Shown: piece after piece, positions 57,204 through 64,000 of the stretch | Layout of the letters: the number at the start of each line of letters is the position of its first letter | Position numbering within the stretch: position 1 is the first letter of the stretch | Source: Candidatus Latescibacterota bacterium | Lineage (GTDB): Bacteria; Latescibacterota; UBA2968; GCA-2709665 | NCBI GenBank assembly: GCA_965219995.1 | Contig: CBDCOX010000002.1 | Span: forward strand, 1,088,001 to 1,152,000 | Length of the DNA stretch: 64,000 bases | Direction of reading: 5' to 3' | Position numbers and translations under genes: made by a program | The notes under the pieces: model-generated | The model's input: the letters and a program-made list of their open reading frames with translations, nothing else | The model's database searches: none | What the model was told of the DNA's origin: nothing

Positions 57204-57605
57204 ATGAACGAATCGAAGCTGTTCGAGGCCGCGTTCCCCTATGCCGACGATGTTCTCGCGCTACCGGTGAAGGACATCGACGAAGCGTCAGCCTGGTACT
57301 GCAACGCGTTTGGACTCAGAGAAGCGGAGAGACACAGCGACCCGGTTCCCACGGTGGTACTCGAAAGGGACGGCGTCCGGATCGGATTCGCCGTCAGTGG
57401 CGGCGATCCCGGGCAGGAAGGCGCGGCGATCCTGGTGTCCGATATTCACAGGGCGAGGCGTGAACTGGAAGAAAACGGTATCGAAACCGGCAACTGGAGG
57501 GTCGACGAGAACGACGGGCGAAAATACCAGGTCTTCTTCGTCGTTGCTCCGGACGCGCTCTGTTATTATTTCCACCAGCCGATCCAAGAAGAACCTACAA
57601 AATGA
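57204..57605 (+). CDS. VOC (glyoxalase/bleomycin resistance) family protein
   Basis: LPVKDIDEASAWY, FFVVAPD; AAGGAG RBS. Confidence 0.8.
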   Translation: MNESKLFEAAFPYADDVLALPVKDIDEASAWYCNAFGLREAERHSDPVPTVVLERDGVRIGFAVSGGDPGQEGAAILVSDIHRARRELEENGIETGNWRVDENDGRKYQVFFVVAPDALCYYFHQPIQEEPTK

Positions 57606-57634
57606 AACGGCCGGGCAGGGAGCCCGGCCGTTTT
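57605..57634. terminator. Probably bidirectional terminator between convergent genes
   Basis: AAACGGCCGGGC-AGGGA-GCCCGGCCGTTTT. Confidence 0.8.
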
Positions 57635-57676
57635 GCAACTGCGTCGTCACGTAAACGAGGATGGGGAAACCGGCGG

Positions 57677-58369
57677 CTATTGTCTCTTCATCCTCTTTTT
57701 CTCTTTCCTGGCGAAGGATTTTTGAATATACCGTACCGCGTCGGGCGTTTTGCAGTTCGTGTCGCCGTGGTCCACTACCACGGGACCGATCCGCTTTGCC
57801 GCCGCGATCGCCCGATCTCGGTAGTTCGCGTTGAAGGTCCCTATTGCAATCAGCGCGTTGTTCATCGCGTAGCGGACGCGGTTGGGTTGGCTGTGAATCC
57901 GCGTCTCGATTCTCTCCAGGCAGGCGTCGAGAAGCGCTTCGTCGATATCCCCGTGGTCGTTCAGAACCATCTCCGTGAAGGTATTCCATCCCGCCGTGGC
58001 GACCCACTCGCCTCGCCTGGAGGTCCATTTTCTGAATCGCGTCAATCCGGTCCGCGAGGTGCTTGCCAATGCTCCCAACTCCCCCGCCAGGATCGAGTTG
58101 TCGATATCCCGCGCCCAGACGTCGAGTTTGTCGGCGTTCATCATCGAGGGGTCGGCGATCCGCGTGGCGAGTGCACGGGCGTCGTGGTTGCCTGTGGCCC
58201 ACAATGCCTCTGCCAACGGTTGGTCCAGCTTGATCTTCCTGACCATCTTGTTCAGGTTGGCATAGCTGACGCCGTACATCGGCGCGTTGATGCCGTGCCT
58301 CGCATAAACCTTGCGGTTCTGTGCGGTCCCGAGCGCTTCCAGCGCTCCAATCGTCTCGTCGAGCGTCAT
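57677..58369 (-). CDS. DNA alkylation repair protein (AlkD-like HEAT-repeat family)
   Basis: YGVSYANL, LAEALWATGNHDAR.LA, RYAMNNALIAIG, VDHGDTNCKTP. Confidence 0.85.
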   Translation of the reverse strand: MTLDETIGALEALGTAQNRKVYARHGINAPMYGVSYANLNKMVRKIKLDQPLAEALWATGNHDARALATRIADPSMMNADKLDVWARDIDNSILAGELGALASTSRTGLTRFRKWTSRRGEWVATAGWNTFTEMVLNDHGDIDEALLDACLERIETRIHSQPNRVRYAMNNALIAIGTFNANYRDRAIAAAKRIGPVVVDHGDTNCKTPDAVRYIQKSFARKEKKRMKRQ

Positions 58370-58518
58370 CGGTTCCTCATCTGGCGAAACCCTCGTGTGC
58401 ATTCTCCTGAGCCGCCGCCAACCCGGAGCGATCATTCGGACTCAACGAAACGAAATCCTCCTGAAGTTCATCGTCGGTTTCGTCAAATGCACTGAAGCGT
58501 GCCGGAACGGCGCAGCAT

Positions 58519-58941
58519 TCAGCCTTCAGGGTTTTCGAAATTAACCTGCCATCGGATGCCGAATTTATCGACGCACATCCCGAAATATGCCCCCCAGAAC
58601 ATATCCTGCATCGGCGTCAGCACTTCCCCATCCTCCGCCAGCCCTGCGAGCAGCCGGTCGGCGTCCGCCCTGCTGTCCGGGCTTACAGTTATCGAAAAGT
58701 TGCCGCCGATCTGCGGAGGGGGCCCGAATGCCGAAGTCGAGTCACTTCCCATGAGTACGCTGTCGCCGACGGGCAGCGACACGTGCATGACCCGGTGCTG
58801 TTCCTCTTCCGGTACCTGCAGGTCGGGAGGTCCGTCTCCGAACGTCTGGATGAACAGAAAGTCTCCACCGAACACGGAGCGGTAGAATTCAAACGCCTGC
58901 CTGCATTCCTTGTCGAAGGTCAAATAAGTGTTCAGTTGCAA
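58519..58941 (-). CDS. PhnB/YjdN-like VOC family protein
   Basis: YLTF, AFEFYRSVFG, VMH, MGSD, MFWGAYFG..VDKFGIRW; AGGAGG RBS with TTG start. Confidence 0.88.
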   Translation of the reverse strand: MQLNTYLTFDKECRQAFEFYRSVFGGDFLFIQTFGDGPPDLQVPEEEQHRVMHVSLPVGDSVLMGSDSTSAFGPPPQIGGNFSITVSPDSRADADRLLAGLAEDGEVLTPMQDMFWGAYFGMCVDKFGIRWQVNFENPEG

Positions 58942-59087
58942 GGCTGCCTCCTGTGTAAGTTGCGACGGACTGCGAGCCGCAGGTGTACTTGTTGGTTATT
59001 GCGATTCAATCCAACTCGTTAACGAGTCCCAATCGGGCATTGGCGCCGCCGGATTCCCCATAACTTTCGATACCGGAACGTGCCCGG

Positions 59088-60344
59088 TTACAGGTACAAT
59101 CCGATCATACAGCCGGTGAGCATGGTCGCCACCGTCCCGCCAATCAGGGATCGGAGCCCGAGTCGCGCCAGGTCGCCTCGCCTGTCCGGGGCGATCCCCC
59201 CGATGCCCCCGATCATAATGGCGACGGACCCGAAGTTTGCAAACCCGCACAGGGCGTAAGCGGTGATCACAAAAGCCCGTTGATCGAGCGGGTCGGGACC
59301 GCTCATCAGGCGCGCCAGGTCCACGTAGGCCACGAACTCGTTCAGGATCGTCTTCAGCCCCATCAGTTCACCGACGGCGCGGGCTTCGGTCCAGGATATC
59401 CCCATCAGCCAGACGAACGGTCGAAACAGGCCGCCCGCGGCGGCCTGGAGGCTCCAACCGCCTGCCCCCCCGGTAATGAAATCGTCGATCTTTCCGATGA
59501 CCAGGTTCGCCAGAGCGACCAGGCCGATGAAGGCGACGAGCATTGCGAGGATGTTGATGACCAGATGCATGCCTTCGGCGGCGCCCCTCGCCGCGGCATC
59601 GAGACCGTTCAGCGTGTCGTCGCGAGGCAGTTCCACCCGGCTGTGTGAGGTGAGCGGTTCGCCGGTCTCCGGGATCATCAGCTTGGCTACCGCGATCGCC
59701 GCCGGCGCGCTGATCAGCGACGCGGTGAACAGATGACCGGCGATATCCGGATGGGCCGTACCCAGGAGGGTCGCGTAGATCACCATCACCGTACCGGCGA
59801 TCGTGGCCATCCCCACGGTCATTATACAGAACAGCTCGCTCTCCGTCATACGGCTCACGTACGGCCGAACCAGCAGCGGGGATTCCGTCATCCCGAGAAA
59901 TACGTTCCCGGCGGACCCGACACTCTCCGCGGAACTGAGTCCGAGGGCCCTCTGCATGACCGCGCTCAGCCTGCCGATCACCCACGGCAGGATCCGGTAA
60001 TGATACAGCATTCTTGAAACCGCGGCCACAAAGATCAGTATCGCGGCGATTTCCAGGGCCACGACGGGGCCGTATTTGCTCGTGAATTCGGGATTCGACA
60101 ATCCCGAGAAAAGCAGCGATTCGTTCGCCTTGAGCGCGGTTGCTCGAAGCATGTCCGTGAGGGCGCCGACCACACCGAAGATGTAATGCCGCAGTCCCGT
60201 CTTGACGAGAAGGCCGGTCAGGAGCAATTGCAGGCCGCTGGCAACGGCGACGGTCTTCCAGGGGATGCGTATGGAACGCCGGCCGAGTGACCAGGCGATT
60301 GCGAGAAGCACGACATATCCAATGGCGCTGTGAAGCACGGACAA
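59088..60344 (-). CDS. Concentrative nucleoside transporter (NupC/CNT family)
   Basis: NVFLGMTESPL, GMATIAGTV, KTILNEFVAY, YALCGFANFGS. Start uncertain (TTG 60344 after GAGGA). Confidence 0.92.
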   Translation of the reverse strand: MSVLHSAIGYVVLLAIAWSLGRRSIRIPWKTVAVASGLQLLLTGLLVKTGLRHYIFGVVGALTDMLRATALKANESLLFSGLSNPEFTSKYGPVVALEIAAILIFVAAVSRMLYHYRILPWVIGRLSAVMQRALGLSSAESVGSAGNVFLGMTESPLLVRPYVSRMTESELFCIMTVGMATIAGTVMVIYATLLGTAHPDIAGHLFTASLISAPAAIAVAKLMIPETGEPLTSHSRVELPRDDTLNGLDAAARGAAEGMHLVINILAMLVAFIGLVALANLVIGKIDDFITGGAGGWSLQAAAGGLFRPFVWLMGISWTEARAVGELMGLKTILNEFVAYVDLARLMSGPDPLDQRAFVITAYALCGFANFGSVAIMIGGIGGIAPDRRGDLARLGLRSLIGGTVATMLTGCMIGLYL

Positions 60345-60654
60345 TGCGGGTTTCCTCTCTATGGAACGGGGATCTGCGGAACGGGTTCCGTCCGAAAGTC
60401 CGGTCGAGTCACCTCCTGGTGTCCTGTCCCAAAAATACCTCACCATTCGGCCGCCGATTCATCCCGTCTCGCTGCGTTGCCTTCGCTCGACGACCTGGCC
60501 AGGTCGGTGGCGCCTTGCGAGCCGGGCGACTCGACGGCCGAATTAAGGCAACCTATTTCCGGGACAGAACACTGGCCGGCGCGAAAAATAGCCGGAAACG
60601 TCGACACGGTCAAGTGATATCCCGCCCGAATGCCCTGAGTTGGCGTTGTATTTC

Positions 60655-60683
60655 TTGACTTGAATGATCGAAAACCCTATTGT
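60655..60683 (+). promoter_or_regulatory. Putative sigma70 promoter for gmd
   Basis: TTGACT-N17-TATTGT. Confidence 0.55.
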
Positions 60684-60824
60684 TGAGTTTGCCGGTGGGT
60701 TACCGCGAGTACGCTTCCCGTCCGCCTTCCGTGTCAATACAGCCTGTCGTCCATCCTGCGCAGTGCGGATACCTGAATCCCTCGGTACCGGCGCGACCCG
60801 GATTCGATTCCCTATGAGGCTTCC

Positions 60825-61898
60825 GTGCGGTCTGGCAACCAGGAAAAGACTGCTCTGATCACCGGCATTACCGGCCAGGACGGTTCCTATCTCGCTGAAT
60901 TCCTGATTGGTAAAGGCTACCTGGTGCACGGCATCATCCGCCGGGCCTCCCTGTTCAATACGGATCGCATCGACCACCTCTTTGCCGACCCCCAGGATCC
61001 CGACCGGCGGATGATCCTGCACTATGGAGATCTCACGGATACGGCCAATCTGATCCGGATCGTCCAGGAAATACGGCCCGACGAGATCTACAATCTGGGT
61101 GCGCAGAGTCACGTGGCGGTGTCATTCGAAACGCCCGAATACACGGCAAAGGTGGCGGCGCTGGGGGCGCTCCATCTGCTCGAGGCCATCCGGATCTGCG
61201 GTCTCGCCGATCGGACACGGTTCTACCAGGCCTCGAGTTCGGAGATGTTCGGCAAGGCGACCGAGACACCCCAGCGGGAATCCACACCGTTCTATCCCCG
61301 ATCGCCATACGCCGCAGCGAAGGTATATGCATACTGGATTACCGTGAATTACCGCGAGGCCTATGAGATTTTCGCCTGCAACGGTATCCTGTTCAACCAC
61401 GAGTCCCCCGTGCGCGGCGAGACGTTCGTGACCCGGAAGATCACCCGGCGGCTCGCTCGCGTCAAAGTCGGATTGGACGAATGCGTGTACCTGGGAAATC
61501 TCGATGCGATGCGAGACTGGGGCCACGCACGTGACTATGTGCGCGCCCAGTGGCTGATGCTCCAGCAGGCAAAGCCTGACGATTACGTCATCGCATCGGG
61601 GCATCAGCATTCGGTTCGCACGTTCCTGAATCTTACGGCTGACTACCTGGGTCTGGAGCTGGCGTGGCGCGGCAAGGGCGCCGGGGAAGTTGCGGTCAAT
61701 ACGGCGACCGGGAGCGCGGTCGTGCGCATCGACCCGCGGTACTTCCGGCCGACCGAAACGCACTCGCTTCTGGGCGATGCGTCGAAAGCGCGCAGAAGCC
61801 TCGGCTGGCGACCTGAGACCAGCTTCGAAGACATGGTCAGGGAAATGGTCGATGCCGACCTGCGCCTGGCCGAACACGAGGCATCGCTACAGCTCTGA
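60825..61898 (+). CDS. gmd: GDP-mannose 4,6-dehydratase
   Basis: [64 protein letters not shown]. Confidence 0.97.
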   Translation: MRSGNQEKTALITGITGQDGSYLAEFLIGKGYLVHGIIRRASLFNTDRIDHLFADPQDPDRRMILHYGDLTDTANLIRIVQEIRPDEIYNLGAQSHVAVSFETPEYTAKVAALGALHLLEAIRICGLADRTRFYQASSSEMFGKATETPQRESTPFYPRSPYAAAKVYAYWITVNYREAYEIFACNGILFNHESPVRGETFVTRKITRRLARVKVGLDECVYLGNLDAMRDWGHARDYVRAQWLMLQQAKPDDYVIASGHQHSVRTFLNLTADYLGLELAWRGKGAGEVAVNTATGSAVVRIDPRYFRPTETHSLLGDASKARRSLGWRPETSFEDMVREMVDADLRLAEHEASLQL

Positions 61899-61998
61899 AC
61901 GAGGAACGGACCCTTCCGACGGTACCGTCAGGGTCCGGGGCCCGGCGGCGCTTCACGCATTGACAACGCAGTAAGAGCAAGGGAGCAGGTTCTGAACC

Positions 61999-63282
61999 AT
62001 GGGCGACAGAACGCTTTTTGATGCTTCATACGAAAAACGCAGGAACCCGTTGCTAAAGCAGGTACTGGAGCGGCTGTATCCCATCTACTCTTCGGAAGAG
62101 CGCGATGTCATTCGCATCGACTCAATCAGCAGGGTCCTGCTCTCGCGCCCCTCGGGTCGGGGCTTTGTCAACCGGGACATCCTCGAAACCGTTCTGGGCA
62201 ACCTGCTGGAATGCGTCGCCCCCGGTTCACACAACGTACAGGCAGCCGGACCGTCGGACAGCCTCGAGGATGCAATCGGAGAGATCGTCGATCAGATTTA
62301 CGCGATGATCGTGCAGTCGTTCCTGGCCGCGGAAGGAAACGGCAGGGATATTGAAACGCCCGCCCTGGAGGCCACATTTGCGCTTCTTGCGGACCTTCCC
62401 AATCTCAAGAGCCGCGCGCTGTGGAACCGATTCGCGTCTCTCAAGGATCCGGCGGTATGGGATGCGTATATCGTGGCCAGACACCGGAACCGCATGGGCA
62501 CACTGGCGGACATGGACCACGGTCACGCGCTGGACTGCGCGATCGATGCCCGGGATTTCGAACCCTATCGAGAGTTTCTAAGGGCTCGAAATCTGGATTG
62601 CGCATTCGATTATCTCATGCAGCTGGTCATCAGCACATACCCCGGCTGGCGGGTGCTCTTCTACCACGACGTTGCCCACGCCCTCACCAGGTCCGGCGCC
62701 GCGGAGGGGCTCGCAGACATCGCCCGGATGCCCGTGCCGCTTCTGCCACGCGCCATTTCGGAACTTGGCGGGCGATATTACCAGGCCGACCTGCATCCTG
62801 AAACCGTCATTGGCGACGCGAACTTTCTGGACCATCCTCACCGTGGACTGACAACCGGGCAGACCGGTGTGATCGGCACGGGCTGTTACATCTATCCCTG
62901 CACGATGGGCGGCCTCAGCGGCAGAGTCAGGCATCGACATCCCGAAATCGGGGATCACGTACAAATCGGCACTGACGCAACCCTCCTGGGACCCGTCAGA
63001 ATCGGGGATCATTCAACAGTCGGTCCGAATACCCAGGTCTACGGCTACGTGCAAACCGAGACCGAATGCCGGATCGCCTCGTCGGTCGTCGTCGGCACCG
63101 TCTTGAGTGGAGACAGGAGACCCGGCAGGATTCGTCTGGGCAGGGGGGTACGCGTGGGAGACGGAACCGTGATCGAGAACAGTACCGAACTGGACCTGAT
63201 CATTCCCGACAAGGCCGAAATCCCGGCACGAAGCCACGTCATCAACGACGGCTTCGGAAATCCGCGATTCGTACGGGAATAA
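61999..63282 (+). CDS. Divergent serine O-acetyltransferase-like left-handed beta-helix protein with long N-terminal domain
   Basis: YPG, VPLLPRAISE, DLHP, FLDH, RHPEIGDHVQIG..ATLLGPVRIGD and extended hexapeptide repeats. Confidence 0.75.
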   Translation: MGDRTLFDASYEKRRNPLLKQVLERLYPIYSSEERDVIRIDSISRVLLSRPSGRGFVNRDILETVLGNLLECVAPGSHNVQAAGPSDSLEDAIGEIVDQIYAMIVQSFLAAEGNGRDIETPALEATFALLADLPNLKSRALWNRFASLKDPAVWDAYIVARHRNRMGTLADMDHGHALDCAIDARDFEPYREFLRARNLDCAFDYLMQLVISTYPGWRVLFYHDVAHALTRSGAAEGLADIARMPVPLLPRAISELGGRYYQADLHPETVIGDANFLDHPHRGLTTGQTGVIGTGCYIYPCTMGGLSGRVRHRHPEIGDHVQIGTDATLLGPVRIGDHSTVGPNTQVYGYVQTETECRIASSVVVGTVLSGDRRPGRIRLGRGVRVGDGTVIENSTELDLIIPDKAEIPARSHVINDGFGNPRFVRE

Positions 63283-63308
63283 AAAAAAGCGGCGCGCCGG
63301 GTTCAGGC

Positions 63309-64000
63309 CTACCGCGGCGCATTCTTGTGAAACTCGATATCCGCATACCAGGTCGACGCCCGGCTGTTGGTATTGTCGGTATCGGTCATCAGATAGACGC
63401 GCAGTATCTTGCCCGGTTCCTCCCCCGGATATCCTCTCTTGTAGTCTTCGTAGAGATTCCGCACTTCCCGCACCCACCGCTTCATCCGTCCCAACCCGCT
63501 CTCCGCGACAATTCGCCGCCACGACAGCTTCCAGACAAACGGAATGATGGTTGTCTCGGACTTGAACATCAGCGATTCCGGCAGTGAATTGGACCAGACG
63601 TACGCGATCTCGCGAATGTTGTTGGTGCCCTTCTCCAGGATCGCGACCCCCAATTTCGCGTTGAAGTCGTCATCCTGCTTCCTCAGCTTGTCGCCTTTCT
63701 CCAGGCGCTGCCGACCGATCGTGGAGTAATCCACCTTCCACCGCCAGGACAAGTACGGGTTCTCTGCCACATCGATGAGTGTGTCGAATCCGCGCTTTCT
63801 GATGATCTTTTCGAATTGTCTGGGCGGTCGCTCACACCGCGCGATCCACGGATAGCGGCCCGGGTCCAACGCCATGGGTCGGCCTGATTTTGTGGGTATT
63901 TGCCAGAGCAGTGCGGCCGACCCTTCGCTCACGAAGCGGACCGCATTGTTCGCGTACTGGAACTTTGTCCTGGTATCGCATTCGGCCCAGTCCCTCTGCA
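63309..64000 (-). CDS. DUF3047-family protein (5' end probably outside the window)
   Basis: PYLSWRWKV, DDFNAK, IAYVWS, RIVAESG, WVREVRNLYEDYKRGY, MTDTDNT...YADIEF; the frame stays open to the window edge. Confidence 0.8.
   Translation of the reverse strand, partial: QRDWAECDTRTKFQYANNAVRFVSEGSAALLWQIPTKSGRPMALDPGRYPWIARCERPPRQFEKIIRKRGFDTLIDVAENPYLSWRWKVDYSTIGRQRLEKGDKLRKQDDDFNAKLGVAILEKGTNNIREIAYVWSNSLPESLMFKSETTIIPFVWKLSWRRIVAESGLGRMKRWVREVRNLYEDYKRGYPGEEPGKILRVYLMTDTDNTNSRASTWYADIEFHKNAPR

Noticed and set aside
57615-57623. GCAGGGAGC loop in the VOC/alkD terminator, identical to the core of the uvrA-leader repeat
   Set aside because: A single 9-mer match in GC-rich DNA can arise by chance and it is fully explained as a terminator loop. 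Worth revisiting only if the leader motif proves real.
58519-58941. PhnB-like gene near phnA as evidence of a phosphonate operon
   Set aside because: PhnB/YjdN is a generic VOC protein with a historical name and no established phosphonate role. It is also on the opposite strand, beyond a terminator.
603-61877. Many long antisense or alternate-frame ORFs (e.g. 3541-4716, 13428-15083, 25069-26508, 43399-44619, 47243-48712, 51758-53125)
   Set aside because: They overlap well-supported genes, have no recognisable motifs, and are the expected shadow ORFs of high-GC coding DNA.
1-64000. CRISPR arrays, tRNA/rRNA, IS elements, defence systems
   Set aside because: I recognised no regularly spaced repeats, cloverleaf or rRNA signatures, transposase, integrase or defence-family motifs. 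Short or divergent elements could have been missed by eye.

Overview
This is a gene-dense, GC-rich bacterial chromosomal window with about 50 CDS. I recognised no rRNA, tRNA, CRISPR array, transposase or integrase. A secreted cohesin-like protein with a FlgD/T9SS-type C-terminal domain, a DUF2723 protein and many Gfo/Idh/MocA, FGGY and isomerase genes suggest an FCB-superphylum heterotroph, possibly Latescibacterota- or Gemmatimonadota-like (inference only). Housekeeping content: purN-mreB-mreC, galU, pcm, a ccsA/hemX-sirC-hemA-hemC-cobA/hemD tetrapyrrole block, anmK, ggt, a half-length MetE-like protein, an argE-like gene, a double-length uvrA, phnA, a nupC-like transporter and gmd. The five best candidates for undescribed biology are: (1) a co-oriented cluster of a signal-less beta-helix protein, a CBM9-like protein, two paralogous ABC exporters with an unusual N-terminal domain and CxxC-x10-CxxC motif, and DUF1854; (2) a transglutaminase-like gene followed by an intact CE7 esterase and an unlisted CE7 paralogue that has lost its nucleophile elbow; (3) a ~200-nt uvrA leader that folds by eye into a long rod with repeated GCAGGGAGC/AGGGA motifs; (4) an exported triple-thioredoxin/GILT-like protein next to a lipobox-bearing Pcm; (5) gmd paired with a divergent CysE-like acetyltransferase. 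All calls come from reading motifs by eye; no searches or folding programs were run. Several starts were moved from the ORF track to more plausible codons.
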